IMG/VR virus record: IMGVR_UViG_3300025326_000042
Span: 1 to 54,567 of that record
Origin: a virus
Taxonomy: Duplodnaviria > Caudoviricetes
Length of the DNA: 54,567 nt
Reading direction: 5' to 3' (one strand)
The notes under the pieces were generated by a model that was not told where the DNA came from, ran no database searches, and saw nothing but the letters and a program-made list of their open reading frames with translations. The position numbers and the translations under genes are program-made. Shown one piece after another: positions 8,739 through 18,135 of this stretch; position 1 is the first letter of the stretch, and each line of letters begins with the position of its first letter.

Positions 8739-9771
8739 GGCTCTTCCTCTCCTTCTTCTCTTCTGTCGTGTAGTGACGGCGCATTAAATCATCTGTATCT
8801 CCTCCCGCTATCGCCGCCTGACAAAGCTTGAGCATTGGGCACCAGTCGCAGTGAGCAGCTATGTTCCGCACAGGGGCAAAGGATTTGCTCTGATGCGCGT
8901 CCGCGATCTGATGCACAGAGGCTGCATAGTCACGCAGCAGCACCTCCTCAGACTGCACTATCGGCAGCGTATAGCGAGGGAACATGACTTGGCGTTCTCG
9001 GCGTTCGATCCTTCGCAAGAAGGGGCCATACTTGTAGGCATCTAAGCCAGCTTTCTTGATGGCGGCGCGGTAGAGTCCTACGGTTGTCGTCTGGTGCTGC
9101 GCCACACTCAAGGTGCCATTCCGAAGCAGCTTTGGGGGCTGCGGAGGAGTCGTGTGGACATAATTCCAGATCAGCCCAGTCAACTCATGATGAAGTAGTA
9201 GCTCCTCTACGGCTACTTTGTAGAGCAATGTCTGGAGGTCTCTGAAGCGGCGTCCTTGCGACGGTATGCTGCCTGTCGTCTTGTGCTCCCAAAGCCAGAC
9301 ACCATCTTTGTTTCGCGTGACGAGATCGATTTGGCCGGGCAGCACAATGCCGTCTATTACGGGCAGCTCGAACTTGCGTTCGACAGCCAGAATCTTGTGC
9401 TCCTGTGCGTCTGTCCGCCCATGCACGCGGTAGTAGGCATTCAGCAAGCGCCTTGCCGTCTTGGGGAGGGCTAGGAGCTTCTTCGCCTCTTCTTCTGCGC
9501 CTAGGCTATCGGCGAGAGATGCGAGTGAACGGATTTCTGGCACAGATTTCTGAAGGATAAAGTCGAGAGCGGCGTTGTGGGAGCTACGTGGGTCGCCCTC
9601 GCGTTGCAAGTCGCCATAGTAGCGCTCGAAGTACGTATGGATGAGCGTTCCTAATTCTGGCGCAGCCTGCCGGACTTTCGGACGCAGCTTCTCAACATAC
9701 CTATACCAGTAGAGTTGCGGGCACTGCCGCCAGTCTTGGACTGCCGAGTAAGACAGACGCAACTGCTTCAT
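8725..9771 (-). CDS. PD-(D/E)xK RecB/Cas4-like exonuclease
   Basis: LSYS...CP..Y.Y.Y, GT.IH, G.ID...EHKT, C-terminal CDWC.....C (Fe-S type). Confidence 0.87.
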   Translation of the reverse strand: MKQLRLSYSAVQDWRQCPQLYWYRYVEKLRPKVRQAAPELGTLIHTYFERYYGDLQREGDPRSSHNAALDFILQKSVPEIRSLASLADSLGAEEEAKKLLALPKTARRLLNAYYRVHGRTDAQEHKILAVERKFELPVIDGIVLPGQIDLVTRNKDGVWLWEHKTTGSIPSQGRRFRDLQTLLYKVAVEELLLHHELTGLIWNYVHTTPPQPPKLLRNGTLSVAQHQTTTVGLYRAAIKKAGLDAYKYGPFLRRIERRERQVMFPRYTLPIVQSEEVLLRDYAASVHQIADAHQSKSFAPVRNIAAHCDWCPMLKLCQAAIAGGDTDDLMRRHYTTEEKKERKSRGEP

Positions 9772-9831
9772 GGAAGCTCCTCCAAAGTGTCACCAAAGTC
9801 TCTGAGACGGAGAATCCGGGGCGGCGGATAA

Positions 9832-9860
9832 TGTATACCACATCCTGATGATACTGTCAA
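9832..9860 (-). promoter_or_regulatory. sigma70/sigmaA-type promoter for the recombination/replication operon
   Basis: TTGACA, 17 nt, TATACA with TG extension, just upstream of the exonuclease. Confidence 0.75.
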
Positions 9861-12800
9861 GTAGCCCAGCGCTTGCCGATTTGAATATCGGCGACGAGCG
9901 GGACGGGGAAATCTAGGCCCAAGCGATCCAACGGCGGGTGCTCCCAGGCTTCTCGCACGACACCCGAGACGACATCTCGCAACTGATAATCAAGGTGCAA
10001 AAGAGCAGCGTCGTGGAAGAAGCCTATATTCTCGACGACCTTGTGGACGCCTCTCCCAACGCCGTTACGGAGCAACTCCCAGGTGTAGTCCATGCAGAAG
10101 AGCGAGAGATCAGAGGCGGTCGCTTGCACCGGGAGATTAATGTACTTGCGCCATAGACCGTCCGGCCCTTCGCCGTCATCTCTGACGCTCCGCCGTCGTC
10201 CCAGTGGCGTCTCGCCATAGCCTCTCTGGACATCTCGCCAGAACGTCTCTTGCCAAGGCCGCACGTCGGGGTAGAATAAGTGATATGCGTCGTAGGCTGT
10301 CTGCGCCTGATCGTCGTCGAAGATGATCCCATAGTCTTGTCGCGCCGTCTTCTGGACGACAGTTGGCCCGCCTCCGAAGCCCAATCCGAAGTTGACGGGC
10401 TTTGCGCCGAATCGCTCCTGCGGCGTGACGCCCGCCATCCAACGATCCATGTCTCCTAAGTATCGTTCCAGCGTCCAGCCCTTGTTTAGCGCCTTGATGA
10501 GCCCGGCCATCGCGGTATGCAAGTCCTTCCCCTCTCGAAAGAACTCAAGCATCCTCCGCTCCCTAGCCAGCCATGCGATGATACGTAGCTCGATCTGGGA
10601 GTTGTGAGAGATTATGCCCTGTGCAAGAGCAAAGTTGTTACAGTCCTCGACCTCGATGCAGTATACAGGTTCCTTTCTCGCGGGAGTGATAGAGACAACC
10701 CTGTGATTCAGTCCCCGACTACGGACGTAGTTGTAGCAATCTGAGGAGCAATACTGTGGTAGCTTTCCACTAGCTTGGCTTGGGAAATAATATCGGAACC
10801 TTCGACACACGCGACAGCGAATCGTAACACCGGATCGTTTTCCCCATTGGGAGTTAGTGCGACCTTTACCATAGGCTGATCTCCGGTGGGACTGGGAAAT
10901 AGCTACGCCCATACGTCGGCGAAGACGCCTTCTAGCTGCGGGAGTCATGGTCGCCCAAAATTGCCTACTATGATAGGAGACATGCTGCGCTCTCGACAGC
11001 ACTTCGAGGTTGCTCGGTCGATTATCGTATCGATTATGATTGATGTGATGTACGAATTCGGTAGATGACAATTTTCTGCCTGACACTCCTTCAGCAACAA
11101 CTCGGTGTTCAGGAAATCGATCCTTAGAGGAATTCGTTCTGATTAGGGTATAGGCGCTCTTGTTGCGGATGAATGGCATCAACCTCGTACCTCGCACCAT
11201 CTCATCTACTCGTATGTAGGAGCCATCCATCTGTTGAAATCGATGTTCAGCAGTCGCTCGAACTTCCTCACCCGAACTCAAACGAATATTATAGGTTTGA
11301 CGAGAGCCAATGCTTTTGTGACTGCGGACCTTCCTCGCAACAGGCACTGAGCCAATAGTTCCGAAGACGAACGCACCAGGCTGGATATCCTTAATCGGTA
11401 CTAGTCCTTCGACTGTTTCGACTAACGTATCCCCACTTAGGCACTGATCGACGGAAAGTATGTGCCACCCAGGACGGGCACACACCAGGCGTCTAATGCT
11501 CTTGCTGCGAGGGAACTGCTGGAACGTGTAGCCCATCTCCGCTTCAGCGGACGATCTTCCTGTGCTGGCAGCAGTAAGCCGGTAGACACTATGGAGCCGT
11601 CTATCTCGCTGTGCTTTCAGAAGCCATCGCCACGGTCTGTAGTAGCTGTCTTCGCGCTTCCTGAGATGCCGACGCCGGATGATAGCCGGAACAATAGGGT
11701 GACTCCGTTTCTGTTGGAGCAGAACGTCGTTTGTGACGCTAGGCTTGTTCGTCTTCTTCGTCCTAGGCAGCTTTAGTCCCAGCTGTTCGAGGGAAGGAGC
11801 AAGTTTCTCGCCGCTACCGATAATCGCTTCGTAGCCGCCCGCCGGTAGCCTGAGCGCATCGCCTATCTTCTCAGTGAGATCACAAGTTCGCTCTAGCAGC
11901 CTGCGTTGCATCTCTCCCAGTAGATTCTCATCGACGGGCGTTCCACTTAGCGACGACCTCGCTAGTATCTTCGTAGCAGGCAAGAGTACGTGCTCGTAGA
12001 GAGGCAATACGCTCTCTCGGCCCTGTTCGCTCGCCATCGTAAGCAGCTTCTTCCTGAGAATCAGTGTGGCGATAGCGTCGTTCGCATTGCGCTTGAGCAG
12101 CCTGCGCCAGCCGTCTCTCGAAGACGGCATCGTCCCCGCGCCACTGCCTTTCTTCCAGCCTGCTTCCATCTCCGTCAGCGTGGATGCAAGAGCCTCCAGC
12201 GACAGTGAGCTATCGATGTTCAGGAGCGAAGCAAGCAGGTACGTATCGTCCGAGAGCTTGATCGGCCACTTCAGGTGATAAAGCCAGATTAGGTCTGCCA
12301 TTGCGTTATGGTAGACCGTAGGGACTGAGCGAATGATCTTGCGTACTTTGGGAGCGTACTCGCTTGTGAAGGGAATCGACAGAGCCACGAGCTTGTGATT
12401 TACCTCGCCTGCGATGGCAATGCTGACTTCCCTTGGCAGCTTGTCGTTGCGTCTCGACCAGGGCCACATGCCAGGCGGGTCTTTCTTCTGAGCAGGCAAA
12501 ACTTCCCACTCAAGGTCGCAGCCCAGGACATCGCAGCGAGCCAGGCGTCGGAGCGTTCGCTCGACAGATTCACCCGGGCTCAGCGACGTGACGATCTTCG
12601 TCTGCATGACAGACCCCGAAGCGATCTTCTGCGCGAGGCGCATATCTTCCATAATCGCTTTCGAGTACGCAGTGCGGGCTGCGGGATTATGTAAGTACGC
12701 CGCCGGGTGATAGGTTGCCAGGACAGGTATGCTCGAACGGTACTGTGGCAGCAGCGAGAGCATCTTGCCCCGGTTATCGCCTATCTTGCCGACGCCAGTA

Positions 12801-13174
12801 AGCGCTTTGAGCGCAGAGACACCCAAAGCGACGATGACTTTAGGCTTCACATGCGATATCTCGCGCACAGTATAGAACATGCAGGCGGATCGCTCGGCGT
12901 CGTTCGGGTCTCGGTTCCCTGGAGGCCTGCACCTCACGACATTCGAGACACGGACTCTCTTACGGGATAGACCGGCTTGCCTGAGCAGATCATCCAGCTC
13001 ATGTCCCGCGGGGCCTACGAACGGCTTATTCGCAGCGTCTTCGTCTGCTCCTGGTGCTTCGCCATAGACTAAAATCTCGGCGTCGTCGGGGCCGTCGGCG
13101 GGGACGCAGACACTCGTGGCTGCATGATGGAGGATGCAGCGTTGACATGAAGGGTCAAAGATACTTCTTGACAT
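9857..13174 (-). CDS. polA: family A DNA polymerase with N-terminal family-4 uracil-DNA glycosylase domain and an intein
   Basis: UDG motifs CxxC, GEAPG, PFVG, NVVRCRPP, TYHPAA; exonuclease DLE and HNxxAD; polymerase TGRSS, D-[intein]-SQIELR, KxxNFG, QATASD, HD. Confidence 0.93.
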   Translation of the reverse strand: MSRSIFDPSCQRCILHHAATSVCVPADGPDDAEILVYGEAPGADEDAANKPFVGPAGHELDDLLRQAGLSRKRVRVSNVVRCRPPGNRDPNDAERSACMFYTVREISHVKPKVIVALGVSALKALTGVGKIGDNRGKMLSLLPQYRSSIPVLATYHPAAYLHNPAARTAYSKAIMEDMRLAQKIASGSVMQTKIVTSLSPGESVERTLRRLARCDVLGCDLEWEVLPAQKKDPPGMWPWSRRNDKLPREVSIAIAGEVNHKLVALSIPFTSEYAPKVRKIIRSVPTVYHNAMADLIWLYHLKWPIKLSDDTYLLASLLNIDSSLSLEALASTLTEMEAGWKKGSGAGTMPSSRDGWRRLLKRNANDAIATLILRKKLLTMASEQGRESVLPLYEHVLLPATKILARSSLSGTPVDENLLGEMQRRLLERTCDLTEKIGDALRLPAGGYEAIIGSGEKLAPSLEQLGLKLPRTKKTNKPSVTNDVLLQQKRSHPIVPAIIRRRHLRKREDSYYRPWRWLLKAQRDRRLHSVYRLTAASTGRSSAEAEMGYTFQQFPRSKSIRRLVCARPGWHILSVDQCLSGDTLVETVEGLVPIKDIQPGAFVFGTIGSVPVARKVRSHKSIGSRQTYNIRLSSGEEVRATAEHRFQQMDGSYIRVDEMVRGTRLMPFIRNKSAYTLIRTNSSKDRFPEHRVVAEGVSGRKLSSTEFVHHINHNRYDNRPSNLEVLSRAQHVSYHSRQFWATMTPAARRRLRRRMGVAISQSHRRSAYGKGRTNSQWGKRSGVTIRCRVCRRFRYYFPSQASGKLPQYCSSDCYNYVRSRGLNHRVVSITPARKEPVYCIEVEDCNNFALAQGIISHNSQIELRIIAWLARERRMLEFFREGKDLHTAMAGLIKALNKGWTLERYLGDMDRWMAGVTPQERFGAKPVNFGLGFGGGPTVVQKTARQDYGIIFDDDQAQTAYDAYHLFYPDVRPWQETFWRDVQRGYGETPLGRRRSVRDDGEGPDGLWRKYINLPVQATASDLSLFCMDYTWELLRNGVGRGVHKVVENIGFFHDAALLHLDYQLRDVVSGVVREAWEHPPLDRLGLDFPVPLVADIQIGKRWAT
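10601..11443 (-). mobile_element. intein (281 aa) with HNH homing endonuclease, in PolA motif A
   Basis: Starts CLSGDTLV, block B TAEHRF, HNH 'VHHINHNRYDNRPSNL', ends VYCIEV...NFAL...SHN followed by +1 Ser; removal restores VDQ-SQIELR. Confidence 0.95.
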
Positions 13175-13766
13175 CTCGTTCCAGCTCTCTATCCAGCTCT
13201 TTCGCTTCCAGCCCCCACGAGTCCCAGCCCTTACGAGCACGCCGAGCGAAGAGTTCGATGCGAGGTTCTTTAGACATAGCTTCGATGTCTTGATACGACT
13301 GCCGAGGTTTCCGCGAGTGTGGCAATCTATTAGGCGTGGTCAGCAGTGTGGACAGAATCGGGGGCTTAGGTCGATAAGGACGCCCACGAGTTGCTAAAAT
13401 AATATGCTCCGACTGTCCCCACAACCAAACGCCCATGCCGGTTCTAGGCTTGCACCATGTCCTCATAGTGCGCCACTGAAATCCCCAAGCGTCCAATACT
13501 TTAATAGCTTCAGGAAGCGTTGCGTTAGTCGTCCAGAGCCATAGCTGGCAATCAGATAAAGCAATCCTTTCGACTGGCAGGGCCGCAATATCCTTCGTTC
13601 GCATGGTGGAGTATGGTAGATAGATGCCTGTTCTCGGGTCACTATACGGTATCTCCATTCGATGATGAAAGAACCACGGCGGATCGGCAAGGATCGTTGC
13701 GTATCGACGCTTCGTGGTGTGGATGTCAACGACTGCCAAAGAACACTCGCGCCCTTCCTTTGTCAA
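13155..13766 (-). CDS. MT-A70 family amino-methyltransferase (probable DNA m6A)
   Basis: ILADPPW, Y.TM, LWLWTTN, WGF, SEH...ATRG, HSRKP, IELFAR, GWDSWG. Confidence 0.92.
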   Translation of the reverse strand: MTKEGRECSLAVVDIHTTKRRYATILADPPWFFHHRMEIPYSDPRTGIYLPYSTMRTKDIAALPVERIALSDCQLWLWTTNATLPEAIKVLDAWGFQWRTMRTWCKPRTGMGVWLWGQSEHIILATRGRPYRPKPPILSTLLTTPNRLPHSRKPRQSYQDIEAMSKEPRIELFARRARKGWDSWGLEAKELDRELERDVKKYL

Positions 13767-15147
13767 GAAGCTGTCTCTGCAACTCGTCCTTCTTCTTCAG
13801 CGCCTCGTATATCTTGCCGTCGATAGTCTTTTCCGCAAGCAGGTGATAATATGTCACCTTTTCCTTCTGCCCGTGTCGGTGCAGCCTCCCACGAGCCTGG
13901 TCGAAGTTCAAGAGTGAGTAGTCCCTGCTGTAGAAGACCCCTATATGAGCGCAGGATAGATCAATAGCGAGCGACGCGACTTGAATCTGTCCAACCAGCA
14001 CACTTGGCTCGAATGTCCTGAACCGCGGCAATTGCCGCTCCCGGTCTACGACGCTCACCGTTCCGTCAATACGGAACACGGCGTCACCTACGATCTTCTT
14101 GGCGACTTCGATAGCGGCGTCAACATCATGCCTAAAGCGGCAGAAGACGACCACTCTCCCCGCGGCTTGTACTATGTCCTGGAGCAAGTCTGCGAGCGCA
14201 TTGCGCTTCGCAGTGTCGAAGTCCAGAATCCTTCCATCCTCGACTTTGACAAAGCCTGATGCGACTTGTTGTAGCCTGATGATGTTCGTCAGCACGATGC
14301 GCGAGAGCGCGATGCCCTTGCCCTGGAAGCCCTCGATCTCGGCGATGGCGTCTTTTGCCAGCCTATCGTAAATCTCTCTCGCCTTCTTGCTGAGCACCAC
14401 AGGTACTTCGACATCGACTTCTTCTGGCAGATCGAGCGCTTCGGCTTTCGTGATCCTGAATGAGTTAGCAGCGACTTTCTCTTCCAACTCTGGCAGATTA
14501 CGGTAGCCCACGATCTGATATCGCTGGAAACCCCCTCGGACGACGTAGCGATCCTCAAAGTCAAGCCATCGTGTGCCGAAGATCGCAGGTGCAAAGGCCT
14601 TGAAGAGGGAGAAGAAGTCGTGCGGGCCATTGGGCGCGGGTGTGCCAGTCAGCGCCAAAATATAGACGGGCTTGGACAGCTTGCCGTCCGTAGACGCAAG
14701 CGAGTGAGCGAACCTGCTCTGCTTCGTTCCTTTGCCTTTGAGACGGTGCGCTTCGTCATAGATGATCATCTGAGGATCATATTTCAGGATTTCAGATCGC
14801 AGCGGTTCGCGCCAGTAGGACTCATAGCCTACGACGACATAGACTCGACGAGAAGGCTTACGAATCCTCAGTCTCCTGAGCTTGGCCGCTCGCTGTACAA
14901 TGGAGCCTCTGATACATCTTAACGTCCGCGCTTCCGGCGCCCATTTCTTGACTTGATCTCGCCAGACGCCCGCTGCGAAGAGAGGCGCGACGACGAGGAT
15001 ACGATGGCAGTTAGCGAGATGCTTGGCCGCTTCGATAGCCACGCGAGTCTTTCCAGTGCCCACATCTGGAAACAAGCCACATCGACCATGAAGCTCAAGC
15101 ACTTTTTCACCGGCCTGCTCCTGGTGGCGGTAGAGCTTAGGGGGCAT
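13726..15147 (-). CDS. SNF2-family helicase
   Basis: GTGKT, DEAH, LTGTP, QARGRLHRHGQ. Confidence 0.92.
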   Translation of the reverse strand: MPPKLYRHQEQAGEKVLELHGRCGLFPDVGTGKTRVAIEAAKHLANCHRILVVAPLFAAGVWRDQVKKWAPEARTLRCIRGSIVQRAAKLRRLRIRKPSRRVYVVVGYESYWREPLRSEILKYDPQMIIYDEAHRLKGKGTKQSRFAHSLASTDGKLSKPVYILALTGTPAPNGPHDFFSLFKAFAPAIFGTRWLDFEDRYVVRGGFQRYQIVGYRNLPELEEKVAANSFRITKAEALDLPEEVDVEVPVVLSKKAREIYDRLAKDAIAEIEGFQGKGIALSRIVLTNIIRLQQVASGFVKVEDGRILDFDTAKRNALADLLQDIVQAAGRVVVFCRFRHDVDAAIEVAKKIVGDAVFRIDGTVSVVDRERQLPRFRTFEPSVLVGQIQVASLAIDLSCAHIGVFYSRDYSLLNFDQARGRLHRHGQKEKVTYYHLLAEKTIDGKIYEALKKKDELQRQLLDKGRARVFFGSR

Positions 15148-16178
15148 TATGACCTCACAAGAGGTGACATCCAGAGCATCCGTTTACTACCTAAGAACAA
15201 CACTGGCGTCCGGCCATCATTGTAGCGCATCGCTACCTGATCGCCAATGTACTGCGTCGCGTCGAGCCAGTGGGCATCGAAGATGATCTCGATATCGGGG
15301 ACATCGCATCTGCCGACAGGCTGCCGGAAGCCTCCCGTCTCTTGTCCTCGCACGAGTAGAGCGCCTCGCCTATTCTCGACTGAGAATACCACAAGACGAT
15401 CACTGTCGAGCAGTACCGCCGCGCGGGTGGCAACTTCGAGGTCTATCTTCTTCAGGGAGACTTCGTGTTTGTAGCTCCCTGGATTTTTCAACTTGCCAAG
15501 ATCAGGATAGGGAGGCTGTAACAACGAGAGCTTGATCGAAGTGGTCTTATCTCGTAGCCGGATATGCCTCGATGAGAACCGTATCCCTAACTTTGGATCG
15601 AGCAGCGAGAGCGCCGCTTCAAAGTCGGCAGCCGGAATGATAGTCTGGTCTGGGATCCGACACGGGAGAGAGATTCTGACTCGCCCGGATCGGCTCGATG
15701 CGTCAGTCGCTTCCAGGATGACTCGGTTGCCGTCCGGTCTAACGTGGATGCCAGTCAGTACAGGCTGAACGACTCCCCCTGCAACGCAGGCCCTCAAGAA
15801 AGGCATCTCTCGGCGAAGTCTGGTGCTATCGAATCGATCTGCCTTGAAGCTGAGTTTTTGCTTGATTGGATTAGTGATAACCCGGCGTCTCAATACTGCT
15901 CGTCTTCCGCCAGCCGAGATCACCAGAGATGCCTCGGTCTGTTTCAGGTCGATCTCGGCATCTGGCCGGAAGAGTGCGACTGTCCCCAAGAGAGTTGGCC
16001 CATCTACACTGAAGTCTCCGTCGAGAGGTAGCACACCACTGTCGGAGCGTCGAGCAGCCTCAACATGCATCCCTTGGATGTAGGCACCCCACTTGTCGAG
16101 GTGTATCTCCTTCGTACTCGGGTCTTTCTCGACGAGCCGCCAGACTTCCACCAGACGAGCGAACTCCCGGACGAGCAT
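15147..16178 (-). CDS. DNA polymerase sliding clamp (DnaN/beta-like)
   Basis: PVLTGI, LEATD..R, YPD, IFD...L, C-terminal MSP; size 343 aa. Confidence 0.75.
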   Translation of the reverse strand: MLVREFARLVEVWRLVEKDPSTKEIHLDKWGAYIQGMHVEAARRSDSGVLPLDGDFSVDGPTLLGTVALFRPDAEIDLKQTEASLVISAGGRRAVLRRRVITNPIKQKLSFKADRFDSTRLRREMPFLRACVAGGVVQPVLTGIHVRPDGNRVILEATDASSRSGRVRISLPCRIPDQTIIPAADFEAALSLLDPKLGIRFSSRHIRLRDKTTSIKLSLLQPPYPDLGKLKNPGSYKHEVSLKKIDLEVATRAAVLLDSDRLVVFSVENRRGALLVRGQETGGFRQPVGRCDVPDIEIIFDAHWLDATQYIGDQVAMRYNDGRTPVLFLGSKRMLWMSPLVRS

Positions 16179-16198
16179 TGGATCCTCCTTCGTATGTG

Positions 16199-17230
16199 CT
16201 AGATGGTATATGTTATAGGCAGCCGAGCAGGCTCATGGGGCGTAGCAACAGGATTAAGCAGAGCTTGCTTACGTTGAAAGAGCGCGATGGCGATCTCGAA
16301 CTTCGCTACGGCATTTGGGCCGGTCGTGTCAGGCGTGGCGAGGACTGCTGGATCGATACCAAGCTCTCGGGTAAATTGTTCAAGCCAAGCATGTCGGCTG
16401 TCGTAGCTGTTCTTCTTGTATCTCAGACCATAGTTGATGCCCGCGAAGATGCCATAGACGATGCCACTGATCCACGTCGAGCAATCGGCTGTATCAAAGG
16501 GTACTCTTCCAAGGACTTTCGTGCCTACTGCTAGTCCGTGGACGAGGCGGCCGTGTGTGTGAGCGTAGTCGCAGGCATATTTTAACTCACGGTTTCTGAG
16601 CTTCGCATCACTTCCGATAGCCAGGTACTTGTACTTAGCTACGAGAGTTTTCCAGTAGTCCCATGACATCCTAGCGGGATGCCAGACGACGATTAGTTTA
16701 GGCCCGCAGATTTCGTAAAGTTGCTCCGTCATCCTCTCCGCGACCATTAGACCAGAGACGACCTTGCCATCGCCGCGCTCGATATCCATCTGTTCGATAT
16801 CAAAGTTCAACGCAAAGTCCCACTCGTCCAGGTGGGCTTTTAAGTAATCACGGTACGCGATGAAGCGATCATGTATGATCGCCTGCGGCACGACAACACG
16901 CTTGCGCTCCTGTCGAAGAACTTGTACAGGCATCCTCTTCTTGAGTGTGGCGAGCCGCTGCTGTTTGGGCTGCGTGTTCGCGCTCACTCTTGATATGCCC
17001 GCTTGCCGCATCAATGTGAACACACCGCTGTCGAGATAACGGTACTGGGGCCAGTGGTCGAAGTGCTTGCGCTTCTCCCTCTCCCACCAGGAGCCTTTTC
17101 TGACCGACTCGTGTGATACCATGATCGCTTCTGCTTTGCGACGATAGAGTGCAACACTCCTCGCTCCAGGCAAAGTCCCAGCGAAGACGATCAGCCGCTT
17201 GGCGGGGAACGAATTGTCATCTGTCATCAC
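16199..17230 (-). CDS. dpdA: DpdA-like / TGT-fold 7-deazaguanine DNA transglycosylase
   Basis: YLDSGVFT, NFDIE, VVWH, YLAIG, VHGLA, FDTADCSTW; coupled directly downstream of queC. Confidence 0.8.
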   Translation of the reverse strand: MMTDDNSFPAKRLIVFAGTLPGARSVALYRRKAEAIMVSHESVRKGSWWEREKRKHFDHWPQYRYLDSGVFTLMRQAGISRVSANTQPKQQRLATLKKRMPVQVLRQERKRVVVPQAIIHDRFIAYRDYLKAHLDEWDFALNFDIEQMDIERGDGKVVSGLMVAERMTEQLYEICGPKLIVVWHPARMSWDYWKTLVAKYKYLAIGSDAKLRNRELKYACDYAHTHGRLVHGLAVGTKVLGRVPFDTADCSTWISGIVYGIFAGINYGLRYKKNSYDSRHAWLEQFTRELGIDPAVLATPDTTGPNAVAKFEIAIALFQRKQALLNPVATPHEPARLPITYTI

Positions 17231-17883
17231 GGGTCAATTAAGGCATTCTCTGCGAAGGCATTTTTTCGAGCGATGCATTCACGACAAGAGCCACAGGGGA
17301 TCTTTGTCGCGAAACATGACCTTGTAAACTGGAATGGCACGCCAATCGAGTCCCCCATTTTGACGATTTCTGCCTTGGACATCCATTGAAGAGGCGTTAA
17401 GAGTCTGAGTCTCCCCGATGTGCCAGTATAGACAGCAGCCGTCATTGCACCAACGAACTCGGGCTTACAATCGACGAAGGCGCCATTGTGCCAATTCCGA
17501 AGATGTATTCCTAGGTAGACTTCTTCCGCGCCAATAGACAATGCGAAATTAGCGCCCACTGAAATAAACACTGCATTCCTGAAGGGTACTATGATATCCT
17601 GATGATCTGAAGCGATTGCTTCCTGCTCCGTCTCGTACTGACGAGTCTGAATAGTACCCTCGACAAGTCCGCCAGAAAGGATACCTCTAAGTCCAAGCTC
17701 GTGATGCCTAGTTGCATAGTAGTGCGATATGTCCATCGCGCAGCCAAGCTCCCAGACGTTGCGCTGTCCATAACTAAATGTAAGCGTATGGATGGTAGCT
17801 TGTGGACTCTCTCTCGCTACCATGCCTAGCAGCACGGCTGAGTCAAGGCCCCCCGATAGTAAGACAACGGCGTGAGATGGCAT
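17227..17883 (-). CDS. queC: 7-cyano-7-deazaguanine synthase
   Basis: VVLLSGGLDS, YGQR, VPFRN, DC.PEF, SKAEIV, TRSC...CGSCREC; SD AAGGAGG before ATG 17883. Confidence 0.95.
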   Translation of the reverse strand: MPSHAVVLLSGGLDSAVLLGMVARESPQATIHTLTFSYGQRNVWELGCAMDISHYYATRHHELGLRGILSGGLVEGTIQTRQYETEQEAIASDHQDIIVPFRNAVFISVGANFALSIGAEEVYLGIHLRNWHNGAFVDCKPEFVGAMTAAVYTGTSGRLRLLTPLQWMSKAEIVKMGDSIGVPFQFTRSCFATKIPCGSCRECIARKNAFAENALIDP

Positions 17884-17899
17884 TATGTAGGCTCCTCCT

Positions 17900-18092
17900 T
17901 CAGCAACCGCGTTTCTCTCCCCACCGAAGGCCAGCAACCCAGGCGAAGCGGAGCGCATCAGCGGCGGAGCGCATCAGCGATTGACGGCCAACTTGAGTAG
18001 CTTGGCCCTCCCCTCGGCAAGGCAAAGAAGGCCCGTTCCATCTTGCGGAACGCCGCCTCGTCCTCCCGCTCGCCGATGGTCTGCTCGCTCAT
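17900..18092 (-). pseudogene. small hypothetical gene frameshifted by a 16-bp duplication
   Basis: With one repeat copy removed, the frame reads ...SIADALRFAWVAGLRWGEKRGC* and stops at the queC SD. Confidence 0.5.
17948..17979. repeat. exact 16-bp tandem duplication
   Basis: GCGGAGCGCATCAGCG at 17948-17963 and 17964-17979. Confidence 0.95.
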
Positions 18093-18135
18093 GGCTCCTC
18101 CCCCAACATAATGCGGGTGTGCGGTCCGCTGGTGC

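Noticed and set aside
8725-9771. Cas4-like nuclease as evidence of CRISPR-Cas
   Set aside because: No repeat-spacer array or other cas genes; it sits in a standard exonuclease-ATPase-SSB module.
16178-16534. Plus-strand ORF next to a TATA-like sequence, as a possible antisense gene
   Set aside because: It lies almost entirely antisense to the dpdA-like gene, with no SD, no convincing -35 and no motif.
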